Source: Candidatus Omnitrophota bacterium
GTDB lineage: Bacteria; Omnitrophota; Gorgyraeia; Gygaellales; Profunditerraquicolaceae
Direction: 5' to 3'
Assembly: GCA_003598025.1 (NCBI GenBank)
Contig: QZKH01000003.1
Coordinates: 311,218 to 375,217, forward strand
Length of the DNA stretch: 64,000 nucleotides
Positions 20,156 to 30,259 of the stretch are shown one piece after another; position 1 is the stretch's first letter; each line of letters begins with the position of its first letter. The position numbers and the translations under genes are program-made. The notes beneath the pieces are model-generated. The model was not told where the DNA came from. It searched no databases and saw nothing but the letters and a program-made list of their open reading frames with translations.

Positions 20156-21495
20156 CTTTCTTGCTCGCCAGTGTTGGTTTGAGAATAATTATAAAAAACT
20201 AGGCCCAATGCAATAAAAAACCAAAAATGCCTCATAGTCAAGATGTCTATATAAAAAGCATTGATAAGAATGCCCGACATTCCGGCCATATAACATACAA
20301 CCAAAGTCTTTATCTGAGCACCGGGATGCTCGGATAATGCCCACATCTTCCTTAAATATAGAATTATTAAAAACATCACTGCCAGCAACCCCAAGGCACC
20401 TGTCTCTGCAGCCCATCCAAGATAGGTAGAATGCGGATCGCTCTTTCCATGCCAGGTTTGCTGGTTTCTGTAAAAATGCGACAGAAGGACATCTTTTCTC
20501 TGCCAATCAACATAATCTATGACTTTTTCGTTAAACATACCTATTCCTACACCGGTAATAGGATGGTCCTTGAACATCCTTGCCGCAGCATCAAATAAAT
20601 GCATATAAAGAGACGCGGGATAATGGACTTTTAGGCTGAATGACATTTCATTCTGGTTGATTGTATAGTTTACCGGCACAACAACCCATAACGTTATAGC
20701 GGCAGACCAGAGAATAACAAACACAAGAAGCACAAACACAGAATACCTAAGGACAGAATAAATAACTTTGCCTCTTAATTTTAACAATATCAGGAATATT
20801 GAGACAATTATACCCAAAAGCGGGCGGGAAGCCGTAAGTAACGAAACAATAAAAAACATTATTATTGCTATAGCAAGAAATACCCTCTTCTTGCCTTTTG
20901 GTTCTTCGATAAATCTTATAAAAGCGAAAATTATGCTAATATGTAAATACGATGCAAGCATACTTCCCATCCTAAACGTTGAATGTATTCTCGGAAAAGG
21001 CAATACTGAAGTCAAACCCGGTTGAGGAGCAAGAAGAAATACGGCTCTTTTAAAAAACAACCAATCCAAAATCGCAAGCATTCCGATTGAAGATACAAAA
21101 AAAGCAGTATAGACCCATATATCCATAATAAAATAGGCACTCTTCTTTCCGCTTATCATGATACTGACAAAATAAACCATTAATAACAAATACAAAATCC
21201 CCGATAACTCCAAGAGACTGGCTGTTTTCAATTCCGCATTAATAGAGGATATTGAAAAGGCTGCTGCAATGAGGATTATGGGCAATGTTAAAAAATTGTT
21301 TTTTAGCCGGTATTTCTTTTTGATCAACCCGATAAACCAGACAATTATCATCAACAAAAAAATTATTTCTGAGAACTGTACCTTTTGGGAAATAAACGGT
21401 AAATCAGGGACTCTCATGACTGGGATAAGCGCGACGTAAAAACAGATTAATTTCTCAATAAGGGTTAAGTCTTTGAATCTCTCTATTATCTTCAT
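20152..21495 (-). CDS. O-antigen ligase / Wzy_C family membrane protein
   Basis: Polytopic; RIHSTF, LTASR, HPITGVGIGMF, DPHSTYLGWAAETGALG. GAGG RBS before ATG 21495. Confidence 0.85.
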   Translation of the reverse strand: MKIIERFKDLTLIEKLICFYVALIPVMRVPDLPFISQKVQFSEIIFLLMIIVWFIGLIKKKYRLKNNFLTLPIILIAAAFSISSINAELKTASLLELSGILYLLLMVYFVSIMISGKKSAYFIMDIWVYTAFFVSSIGMLAILDWLFFKRAVFLLAPQPGLTSVLPFPRIHSTFRMGSMLASYLHISIIFAFIRFIEEPKGKKRVFLAIAIIMFFIVSLLTASRPLLGIIVSIFLILLKLRGKVIYSVLRYSVFVLLVFVILWSAAITLWVVVPVNYTINQNEMSFSLKVHYPASLYMHLFDAAARMFKDHPITGVGIGMFNEKVIDYVDWQRKDVLLSHFYRNQQTWHGKSDPHSTYLGWAAETGALGLLAVMFLIILYLRKMWALSEHPGAQIKTLVVCYMAGMSGILINAFYIDILTMRHFWFFIALGLVFYNYSQTNTGEQER

Positions 21496-21502
21496 AGCCA
21501 CC

Positions 21503-22678
21503 TCAGAATAGGTCTAAATCTGAATCAAAAAAACTGATAAACCAATTATTATTATCGCTTACAAGATGCAGTAAATCGCTTTCAAGGGAAAGATTAAATG
21601 CCATCAGCCGCGTGCTTGACTTTACATTAATGAATCCAAAGCGCTTAAGAAAATGGGCTGCGCCGTTATTAAGCATATTACATCTTATCAAATCTAATTT
21701 TTCAGAATATGAAAAATAGTCGATTGCATACTTAATGAGTGCCCCATATATGTTATTATCATCCGGATCTGCAAACATATCCATAATAATTCCCGTATTA
21801 AATCCCCTGCTTTTTCCTTTACGTAGCACCATATAACCCTTTGGCTTACTTTCCTTAGCTGGAGTAACTTTAAATACGGAATATTCCCAATACGGCTGCT
21901 TAAATATACGCCAATTAAGCATATCGGAGCTCCTTTTGGCGATAACTTTGAAATTTTTGCTTACCCTTAACCAAAAATCATCAAATTCACTATTAAATTC
22001 GTTTACGGGCGAGATTTTGTAATTTTGCTTATAGAACCTGTCTCTTCCTGAATAACTAAAAATTTTATAGAACAGGCTGATAAACAGATCCGGCAATATA
22101 CATAATACTTTAGAAATCCGGTTAGCTCCTATTATTTTCTCTAGCAGAGGGTTAATCCGGTTTAATCTTGCATACAGCGGGATTAATCCCAAATCAATAA
22201 AACCGAGCTTTTGATAAACAGGGTAAACATAATCATTCAGTCCGGCTACGAGAAATAACTTATAATCTTGCTTCAGTTCATTAATTACACCCTGGAGTAA
22301 AAAAGGGCCTATTCCCAGCTTCCTGTATTGAGGCAAAACTACCAGGCCTCGGCCCCAGGCACACAATAAATCTTTTTCTCCTGTCTTAAGGTAAAACGGC
22401 ATAATACCAATGTGGCCAACTATCTGGCCGGTATCAGCCTTTCGGCAGATCCAGACAGGATAACCTTTTCTATTAGCAGGATTATTAAGATTAGCCCAGT
22501 GCAGACGTTTTATTACCTGGCCGTGGTTACGATAATATTGTGCATTAAACTGATCAGAGTAAGCAGACTCTAAGAATGCTGCCAGCTCTTCATCAGGGAC
22601 ATTTGCAGCATTCTCAAGCTTAAAGTTTCTGCTTACTCTTTGAATCACTTTATCCAATTTCAAATCTGGTCCGCTCAT
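21503..22678 (-). CDS. GNAT family N-acetyltransferase
   Basis: IVGH, VVLPQYRKLGIG (motif A), YQKLGF; tandem GNAT-like length. Confidence 0.8.
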   Translation of the reverse strand: MSGPDLKLDKVIQRVSRNFKLENAANVPDEELAAFLESAYSDQFNAQYYRNHGQVIKRLHWANLNNPANRKGYPVWICRKADTGQIVGHIGIMPFYLKTGEKDLLCAWGRGLVVLPQYRKLGIGPFLLQGVINELKQDYKLFLVAGLNDYVYPVYQKLGFIDLGLIPLYARLNRINPLLEKIIGANRISKVLCILPDLFISLFYKIFSYSGRDRFYKQNYKISPVNEFNSEFDDFWLRVSKNFKVIAKRSSDMLNWRIFKQPYWEYSVFKVTPAKESKPKGYMVLRKGKSRGFNTGIIMDMFADPDDNNIYGALIKYAIDYFSYSEKLDLIRCNMLNNGAAHFLKRFGFINVKSSTRLMAFNLSLESDLLHLVSDNNNWFISFFDSDLDLF

Positions 22679-23667
22679 TTGCCAATTTTAAATATCGCGC
22701 ATAGATTATCATAAAATACATCTGCGAGCTTTTCTACACCGCTTTCAGAATAATGCACTAAATCAATGAAATACTCAGGGTTCTCGTTCAAAGCCGAAAA
22801 ACTGTCTACATAAATACATCCTGTTTTACTGGCTACATCTTTAATGACTGCATTATATTCAATAAAATCATTTTTGTTTATATATGAAAAATTATTTTTA
22901 CCGAAACACGCAGCCTGTGATGCCAGTATAGGTATTATGCCGTTTTGCCTGGCGACAGCAACGATATTCATTAAATTATTCCTGAAAATATCTTTGCCGT
23001 AAACGATGTCAACATCTTCGGCTTTACTTTGCATCTGCTTGTCAAATAAAGAGTAACTAATGCTGGCCAGAATATAAGAAATAAGCTTGGACTTAAATAA
23101 CACCCTATAAAAACCTATTTTACACTCAGGAGCCAAAAATAAATTATTCATATATTTATTGGCATAATCAGAAGTTATTTTTTTGCCGAAATAATTAGCT
23201 GAAAGGTCGTTGATATTATGATAAACGATAATATACGCTGGATGGTAATAAATCAGCCTCAATTCAAAGTTGACTAAGCTGTGTGCGCTGGAAAAAGCAT
23301 CTGCTGCGGCATTTAAAACTTCAAATTTTATACCCTTAGTATTACTATTTAACTTATTTTCCAGTAATTGTGGATAATCAATCTTTGTCGAAACGTTAGC
23401 AGTTGTTGAGCCCCCAAGGCAGATTATCCTTATTACACCGGGAGCAGGCGTTCTTGCTGCGGGTTTGCCTCTGCGGAAATACCCTATTCCGTCCTTCTCA
23501 AGCGGAAGAGGTGGATCATAGACAGTAAACCAAGGGCTGACGAACCTGCGCTCTCTAAAGAACCCCTTACCTTGGGAAAAAAGCAAAAAACGCACTGAAA
23601 CCTCGCAAATCACAAAAAAACTGATTACTATAATAATGATAAAAATGTTCTTTTTATATTTCATCAA
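22675..23667 (-). CDS. SGNH/GDSL hydrolase-family membrane-anchored protein (possible O-acyltransferase/esterase)
   Basis: N-terminal TM, CLGGSTT (block I), NINDL, DLVHY (DxxH). Confidence 0.8.
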   Translation of the reverse strand: MMKYKKNIFIIIIVISFFVICEVSVRFLLFSQGKGFFRERRFVSPWFTVYDPPLPLEKDGIGYFRRGKPAARTPAPGVIRIICLGGSTTANVSTKIDYPQLLENKLNSNTKGIKFEVLNAAADAFSSAHSLVNFELRLIYYHPAYIIVYHNINDLSANYFGKKITSDYANKYMNNLFLAPECKIGFYRVLFKSKLISYILASISYSLFDKQMQSKAEDVDIVYGKDIFRNNLMNIVAVARQNGIIPILASQAACFGKNNFSYINKNDFIEYNAVIKDVASKTGCIYVDSFSALNENPEYFIDLVHYSESGVEKLADVFYDNLCAIFKIGK

Positions 23668-24946
23668 CCCCTCCTAAAGAAAGTTCGTAGCCTTCTGCCC
23701 TGAATATGTCCTTGTTACGGTAACTGGCAATAAAACATACCAATGTTGCCGCTGACTCGGATATAAGCGTAGAGAAAATCGCGCCTTTGATTCCAAACAG
23801 CGGGATAAAATGGAAATTAAGCAGAATATTCGCCAATACAGCTATAAAATAAACTATGAGAACAAAATCCTGTCTACCGACGGCAAAAAGCGCTTTTTCA
23901 ACGATTGGCTTGAGCATATAAGGCAGCAGGACTAACGATAAGATAAACATATATTGCGAGGCGTCTTTAAAATCTGGGCCGTAGATGATATTCAAAATAT
24001 TGCTACCAAAGAAATAAAAAGTTAAAATCAGGCCTAAAGCTAAAGCTGATAGTATATAGACGGTTTTTAAAAGAATATTCTTTATGCCTTCTTTGGCTCC
24101 GGTGAGCCTTGAGAAAAGAGGCAAATAGACTGCCGCCAGGGTAACAGATATAAGCATGAATTGCTCAATAATCTTGCCATTGGCATTAAACAGCCCGGAA
24201 GAAACATCACCTTTAAGATAAGAGAGCATGATTATATCTATCCTAAAGGCAAGGAAACTGAATATGTATATCAAAGCAAAAGGAAACGCCGACCTTATCA
24301 GATATAAACACAGGCCTCTATCAAAAGAAAATTTAAGCCTTTTGTTAGTAACAAAGCATATAAAAGAGTTTATGGAAAAATTTAGCAAACTGACTAAGAG
24401 TAAAGCAAAAGATATAATAATTATACCTGTTGAAAAATCACCCAGCTTGATAAAAAGTATCAGCGAAATTAACTTCATCGCTGATTCAAGGACCATGAGT
24501 GCTGCCTCGATCTCCATTTTATCCCTTATGCGGAATATGGACCTGTAGAAATAAACGAAAGAATCCAGAACAACAGATACGCCAAGCACCATTATTACTG
24601 CTATTTTCTGGCGGGCAAAAGGCAGGCTTAATGCCAGAATGAATATCGCCAGTATATTCAGCAAACCGATACCTGTTTTTAATACAAGTATGTTTCCGAC
24701 ATACTTATTTATATCTTCCCTTTTTTTTGATATATCTCTTACAAAAAGGTCAACAAAACCAAAATCAGCCAGAAAAAGAAACCCCCAGACAAATGACAGT
24801 GCAAAAGATATCTGACCGAAACCCTCAACGCCCAGATACCTGGCAATGATTATCATGCTGATAAAAGTCATTGCTTTATAAGCAAATTGCGCCAGGATCA
24901 GGCTTGAAAAATTCTTAAAAATCGAATTAATGATATTTCTTTTCAT
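23654..24946 (-). CDS. Wzx-type oligosaccharide flippase
   Basis: IARYLGVEGFG, ADFG, RIDIIML, LNFHFIPLFGIKGA. Start at ATG 24946 (the track extension overlaps asnB). Confidence 0.9.
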   Translation of the reverse strand: MKRNIINSIFKNFSSLILAQFAYKAMTFISMIIIARYLGVEGFGQISFALSFVWGFLFLADFGFVDLFVRDISKKREDINKYVGNILVLKTGIGLLNILAIFILALSLPFARQKIAVIMVLGVSVVLDSFVYFYRSIFRIRDKMEIEAALMVLESAMKLISLILFIKLGDFSTGIIIISFALLLVSLLNFSINSFICFVTNKRLKFSFDRGLCLYLIRSAFPFALIYIFSFLAFRIDIIMLSYLKGDVSSGLFNANGKIIEQFMLISVTLAAVYLPLFSRLTGAKEGIKNILLKTVYILSALALGLILTFYFFGSNILNIIYGPDFKDASQYMFILSLVLLPYMLKPIVEKALFAVGRQDFVLIVYFIAVLANILLNFHFIPLFGIKGAIFSTLISESAATLVCFIASYRNKDIFRAEGYELSLGGVDEI

Positions 24947-24947
24947 A

Positions 24948-26837
24948 TCAATCAATGAATTTGCGGTGCCACAGCTCCAGGACCAGGAGTGACCATAGTT
25001 GAAACGAATAATCTTTCCGTAATCCGATATGGTCTTCAACCAGCTTCTTTACGATACCCGCGTTAAAGTATCCCCTTCTCAGTGTTTTTGGTTCAAGAAG
25101 CGTATCGCGTATATATTCTTTTAACTCATTCCTGAACCATCTTCCAATCGGCACGCCGAACCCCATCTTCCTCCTATATACATTTCTATCAGGAACGATC
25201 CCCTTAATTGCTTTTTTTAGTATATATTTCCTTATCCCGTTCTTTATTTTGTATGATGACGGAAGCCTGGCAGCAAACTCCATAAATTTATGATCAAGAA
25301 AAGGAGACCTCGCTTCTAAAGAATTAGCCATACTGGCAATATCCACCTTTACCAAAAGGTCCTCAGGCAGATAAGTATGCACATCGGCATTAAGCAGCGA
25401 ATCAAGTAAGCCGTCTGAAGCTTCATTAAAAAAGGATGATATATAAGAGCCGGCCTTATCTTCTTTTAACGCACTTTTAAATTCTGCAGAGTATAAAGCA
25501 TTCTTAAGCTCCCCGTAAAATATGCTTATCCACCGGATATAACGTTTTTCTTTCTCAATAAATGCCGCATCAAAAAATCTCTTAATGTTCCTCAGCCTGT
25601 TTTTTGGCTCAATAGAATCAGGTATAAATCCTGAAGAAAATTTGATTGCCCGCTTTAAGAGAGGCGGAAGGTTATACATGGATTCAGCAATCAGCATCGC
25701 ATGATAACGCTCATAGCCTGCGAATGACTCATCTCCTCCATCACCGTTTAAAGCAACAGTAACATGACTGCGCGTTTCTTTGGAAACATAATAAGTCGGC
25801 AAAGCGGAAGAATCTGCATACGGCTGCCCATACCTTGAGATTAAAAGCGGCAAAACGCCTAAAGCGTCAGGTTTTACCATAAACTCATGGTGTTCAGTCC
25901 CATATATGCGCGATATTTCCCTGGCAAAGGTCAGCTCGCTGTAATCGCTATCCTCAAAACCTATTGAAAAGGTCTTAACTTGCTGCCTTGAGACCTTGCT
26001 CATAATGGCGACAATCGTGCTAGAATCAATGCCTCCGCTCAAAAATGCACCCAATGGGACATCGCTATGCAGCCTAATTTTAACAGCTTCTTCAAGTAAA
26101 TTTAATACTTTCTCAACTGCTTCCTGCTGGCTGATTTTTAGCTTTGGCAAATAATCAAGGTCCCAATATCTGTCAACCCTGAGTTCATTATTATGCAAAG
26201 ACAGGGTATGCGCCGGCTTTAGCTGAAAGACATTTTTGTAAATCGTGTACGGCGAAGGTATATAACCAAAAGAAAGATAATAATCCAGACTATCTTTATT
26301 TATTTCCTTAGAAATAAACCCGCTTTCAAGTAAAGACTCCAATTCTGACGAAAATAAGAATCTGCTATCTTTGTGGCTGTAGAATAATGGTTTTTTCCCG
26401 AGCCTGTCGCGTGCAAGGAACAGTATTTTATTATTACTATCCCACAAAGCAAAAGCAAACATTCCACGTAGGCTCTTTACGCAATCCCTGCCTTTTTCTT
26501 CATATAAATGAATGACTACTTCAGTGTCGGTATTAGACCTGAATACGTGCCCCCTGGATTCTAATTCTGTGCGTAACTCAAGATAATTATAAATCTCTCC
26601 GTTTAAAATCAAGGAAATGCTGTTATCTTCATTTACCATCGGCTGATGCCCTGCGCTGGAAAGGTCAATAATGCTTAACCTGCGGTGCCCCAGGGTAATA
26701 TTAGGGCTTCCGGTTTGGGAAAATATCCCCTCGTCATCCGGGCCTCTATGTATCAACTTAGAACACATGCCTTTTATAATACGTCGGCTATCTGTATTCT
26801 GGGAATTATAGTCTAATAAACCGCATATCCCGCACAT
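24948..26837 (-). CDS. asnB: asparagine synthase (glutamine-hydrolysing)-like amidotransferase
   Basis: MCGICG Ntn start, HRGPD, HRRLSIID, NGEIYN, LSGGIDSS, GDGGDE, SLEARSPFLD. Confidence 0.95.
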   Translation of the reverse strand: MCGICGLLDYNSQNTDSRRIIKGMCSKLIHRGPDDEGIFSQTGSPNITLGHRRLSIIDLSSAGHQPMVNEDNSISLILNGEIYNYLELRTELESRGHVFRSNTDTEVVIHLYEEKGRDCVKSLRGMFAFALWDSNNKILFLARDRLGKKPLFYSHKDSRFLFSSELESLLESGFISKEINKDSLDYYLSFGYIPSPYTIYKNVFQLKPAHTLSLHNNELRVDRYWDLDYLPKLKISQQEAVEKVLNLLEEAVKIRLHSDVPLGAFLSGGIDSSTIVAIMSKVSRQQVKTFSIGFEDSDYSELTFAREISRIYGTEHHEFMVKPDALGVLPLLISRYGQPYADSSALPTYYVSKETRSHVTVALNGDGGDESFAGYERYHAMLIAESMYNLPPLLKRAIKFSSGFIPDSIEPKNRLRNIKRFFDAAFIEKEKRYIRWISIFYGELKNALYSAEFKSALKEDKAGSYISSFFNEASDGLLDSLLNADVHTYLPEDLLVKVDIASMANSLEARSPFLDHKFMEFAARLPSSYKIKNGIRKYILKKAIKGIVPDRNVYRRKMGFGVPIGRWFRNELKEYIRDTLLEPKTLRRGYFNAGIVKKLVEDHIGLRKDYSFQLWSLLVLELWHRKFID

Positions 26838-26839
26838 AA

Positions 26840-27955
26840 TCAGGCCTTTTCTACCTCCGCCGGAGAACAAACTTTTTCTACCAAATCACAAAATAACGGG
26901 GCATTAACATTAAGCGAGTACCTTAATATTACTTTTTCTCTGGCTTTTATACCGATCTTTCGGCGTAAATCGTGATCCTCAATCAGGCTTGATAATTTTT
27001 CAAACCATTCATTAAGGTTTTTTGCCAAAAGACCGTCAACCCCGTCATCAATAATCTCCTTATTTGCTCCCACAGAAGAACATACACAAGCGACACCTGT
27101 ACTCATATACAGTAATGCCTTAAACCCACATTTGCCCCGGCACCATAAATCATCGTTTAAAGGCATAATGCCTATATCAAAATCACGCAGATCATCTGCT
27201 TCGCGTTCAATCTGCCAATCCCTGTATTCAAACATAGCATTACTATTCTTTTGGCCGCTTGCGCCTATAATCCTGAACACAAGTTTATCCTTAAACTTAA
27301 GAAACAGCTGCTTAAAAACCGGCTCTAAAGGATATAAATACTGCTCAGTAGTCGGGCTGCCCATCCATCCTACGATAACTTTTTCCCTCTGACGGGTATG
27401 CGGCGCCGGACAAAAATACTCGGTATCTACAGGAGTCGGGATCACAGTAACATTCGGATTAAAACGTTGAGCATATTCTTTTAAAAACATGTTACCGGCT
27501 ATTACTTCTTTACTAAGCGAAATGATCTTTGAGGCATTGTTATTGTTGCGGAAAAGCTTTACCAGCTTGTTATTTGGGCTTGAGTTTGGCAAGAAAACAG
27601 CATCATCAAAATCGAATATTAGCGGTTTCCCCAGCAGATGCACCAGTTTTTCAAAGATAACCGGGCCTAAAGGCAGTGACTCACGGTATACGTAGACCGC
27701 ATCATATCTGAAAATTGACATGATATCTGCCAGCCTTCTTAACAGGCCTAGCATAAAAAAGAAAATCTTTCTTATGCTGCCCTTATCCTTATAAACTATC
27801 TTAAAAAAATAGCTCGACATGAAGGGGCTTATGAAGCCGTCAATTTGCCGCTCTTTAAGATATGGTAAATACTGCCATATCCTGAACCTGCAGCCCGCTC
27901 CTTCATAAGGCACCGGACTTATAAATATGATTTTCTTCCTATGGCTTTTGGCCAT
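26840..27955 (-). CDS. glycosyltransferase family 4
   Basis: FDFDDAVF, VGWMGS, DIGIMPL, GKCGFKALLYM. Start at ATG 27955. Confidence 0.9.
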   Translation of the reverse strand: MAKSHRKKIIFISPVPYEGAGCRFRIWQYLPYLKERQIDGFISPFMSSYFFKIVYKDKGSIRKIFFFMLGLLRRLADIMSIFRYDAVYVYRESLPLGPVIFEKLVHLLGKPLIFDFDDAVFLPNSSPNNKLVKLFRNNNNASKIISLSKEVIAGNMFLKEYAQRFNPNVTVIPTPVDTEYFCPAPHTRQREKVIVGWMGSPTTEQYLYPLEPVFKQLFLKFKDKLVFRIIGASGQKNSNAMFEYRDWQIEREADDLRDFDIGIMPLNDDLWCRGKCGFKALLYMSTGVACVCSSVGANKEIIDDGVDGLLAKNLNEWFEKLSSLIEDHDLRRKIGIKAREKVILRYSLNVNAPLFCDLVEKVCSPAEVEKA

Positions 27956-29018
27956 AAGCCCTCCACCCGTAATTCCCGGTCGGTGAAATTTTAATGTTTT
28001 CCAGCCCTGCCCTTTCGAACCATTCTTTAAGTACCCTGCCATTGTAATAAAAGCGGATTGGCGGCGATAACCTGTCGAACCAATCGGCATAAGCCACCTG
28101 AAACGGGTAATTAGAATAAAGAACAATCCTCTTTAATATTATCTTATCTATCAGGCTGCCTAATACTGGCATTCTTTTAAGGAAACGGTATGGCTGGATA
28201 AACAAGCCATAATCAATAATCGCAATTAAAAAACAAAATAACTTCAATAAGCTTAAGGGAAGTTTTGTCGTAACCATTCTTACGCACTCAAGCATGAAAT
28301 TAGTAAATTTACGGCTGTCACTGTAGACCCAGATAAAAATAGATCCGCCTGGCTTGACATATTCCGTAAGCAGCCTGAATGCCAGCTCCGGTTTCGGAAG
28401 ATGGTGCAAAACACCGATTGAATATACAAAATCAAAAGTATTCTTTTCAAAAGGAAGGTTGTAGATATCTGCCTGCACCAGATAAACATTATCAAGTCCT
28501 TTTACATTCCTATAAGTTGATTCTATCGCCCGGCTATAATCCAGGCCGACCATCCTTGCCCCGAATTTACTGGCATTAAATATATGCCTGCCGAACCCGC
28601 ATCCTGCGTCTAAGCCGAATTTTCCTTTAAAAAATCCTTTTCCCACCGGATAAATATAATTAAGGAAATTCTCTTCAAAATCACAGGCCATTTGGGAAAA
28701 TGTACTCCACTGATATCCAAAGCTCTGCTGTGTCTTTTCTTTTAAAGAAGCTTCTTTATCGCTGAAAGCCGGGCCGCAAGGTTCTCCGGTTTTATTTATG
28801 CCTATGGGGTTAAGCTTGTATTTACGGCAAAAATCCGGGAACAAAGAAAAAGAATCCTTAAATATCCTGGGGATAGATCCGATAATCGGATAAACCTGTC
28901 CGCATTCGCAAGAAAGCATGCCCTCAGAAATATCTTTATCAGAGCCGGAAAACAGCTTCGGCTTTAACTTTTTGTTACACACCGGGCATATTAAAAAATT
29001 CAGAAGTTCTTTTTCCAT
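27939..29018 (-). CDS. Trm112-like Zn-finger + class I SAM methyltransferase
   Basis: LICPVC...CECGQVYPIIGSIP, then LDAGCGFG and FDFVYSIGVLHH. Confidence 0.88.
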   Translation of the reverse strand: MEKELLNFLICPVCNKKLKPKLFSGSDKDISEGMLSCECGQVYPIIGSIPRIFKDSFSLFPDFCRKYKLNPIGINKTGEPCGPAFSDKEASLKEKTQQSFGYQWSTFSQMACDFEENFLNYIYPVGKGFFKGKFGLDAGCGFGRHIFNASKFGARMVGLDYSRAIESTYRNVKGLDNVYLVQADIYNLPFEKNTFDFVYSIGVLHHLPKPELAFRLLTEYVKPGGSIFIWVYSDSRKFTNFMLECVRMVTTKLPLSLLKLFCFLIAIIDYGLFIQPYRFLKRMPVLGSLIDKIILKRIVLYSNYPFQVAYADWFDRLSPPIRFYYNGRVLKEWFERAGLENIKISPTGNYGWRAYGQKP

Positions 29019-29023
29019 TATAC

Positions 29024-30259
29024 TCAGTTATTTAGTATTGTATTATAAATATGGCTGTAACTTTCTATCCCGTTAACCAGAGATAAATTCGTTACAGCAA
29101 CATTACGGCATCTGTTCTTTAAGCCAGCATCATTGATTAAATACTGCAACTCTTCCGCTGCCCTTCTGTACTCTGCAGAAGAGAATTCTTTTAGCACACT
29201 ACCGATTTTATTTTCTTCTATTAAGCCGGCTGTATCTCCTATGCCGGAATTAATCACCACAGGCAATCCGCAGGCAAGGTATTCTCCGAATTTTGTCGGG
29301 CAAGATGCCAGCTTTGAAAATACCGGTTTAATAAACATAATTGCAGCATCTGCCCATGATAAATATGCCGGCATCTCATAATGCTTCTTGGAAAGGACAG
29401 TAAAATCAGTGTCTTTAATAAATCCGTCATGCATAGAGTTTATAACTAAATCGCGCTCAAAAGGGGTAATTATCAAAAAATGGGCCTTAGGGTCAACAGA
29501 CTTTAGTACTTTAAAGAACTCGATCATCTCTCTGAGCATATACCATGTTCCGATCGAGCCGCAATATACCATCACGGATTTACCTTCGGGAGGAAAATCC
29601 TCAGGCCTTCGATTACGGGTTTGCCTGTTAAAATTGTCTAAGTCAACGCAACAGGGAATTACCTTTATTTTTGGGGCATGTTTTTTGTTAACGAATATCC
29701 CTGACTTCAATATATCTGCCATTTTATTAGTTAAGACGACTGTATAGTCAGAGCCAAAAAGGAATTTTGCATCAAGATAGTTTACCGCCTTAAACATTAT
29801 TTTTGTAATCAAACTTTCTTTGGGCCACATCCCTCCGTCCACATAATCATAGGCTAATACGCCTCTTCTGTCATAGATGAATTTACACCCGCACAGGCGC
29901 GCGCACAGCCAGCCTATCAGAGATGAAACCTCTGCCCTGGCGTGAACTACCCTGATCCTGTTCTTCTTTACAATAAACACTGCATAAATCAAACCGAAGA
30001 TGCAATCAAGCAGAGTCGAAATCATCTGCGGCTTTTTATGATAAACTAGCCTCTTCCAAAATATCCCTGCGTTCCTTAACCGCTCTTCCATTAGCCGCAA
30101 ATGATCCTTATCTCTTAATAAAGCTTTCTTTTCAAAAGAAAGCAGGAAAAAACGCAATTTATCCTTAGACAAGCCTTTTAGATAAGGGATGACCTGCGAT
30201 TGAGCGATAGGCTCAAGCATGCCATCATAGCTGATATAGAGTATATTATTATCCGGCAT
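29024..30259 (-). CDS. glycosyltransferase family 4
   Basis: LYISYDGMLEP, IPCCVD, YCGSIGTWY, PTKFGEYLACGLPV. Confidence 0.9.
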   Translation of the reverse strand: MPDNNILYISYDGMLEPIAQSQVIPYLKGLSKDKLRFFLLSFEKKALLRDKDHLRLMEERLRNAGIFWKRLVYHKKPQMISTLLDCIFGLIYAVFIVKKNRIRVVHARAEVSSLIGWLCARLCGCKFIYDRRGVLAYDYVDGGMWPKESLITKIMFKAVNYLDAKFLFGSDYTVVLTNKMADILKSGIFVNKKHAPKIKVIPCCVDLDNFNRQTRNRRPEDFPPEGKSVMVYCGSIGTWYMLREMIEFFKVLKSVDPKAHFLIITPFERDLVINSMHDGFIKDTDFTVLSKKHYEMPAYLSWADAAIMFIKPVFSKLASCPTKFGEYLACGLPVVINSGIGDTAGLIEENKIGSVLKEFSSAEYRRAAEELQYLINDAGLKNRCRNVAVTNLSLVNGIESYSHIYNTILNN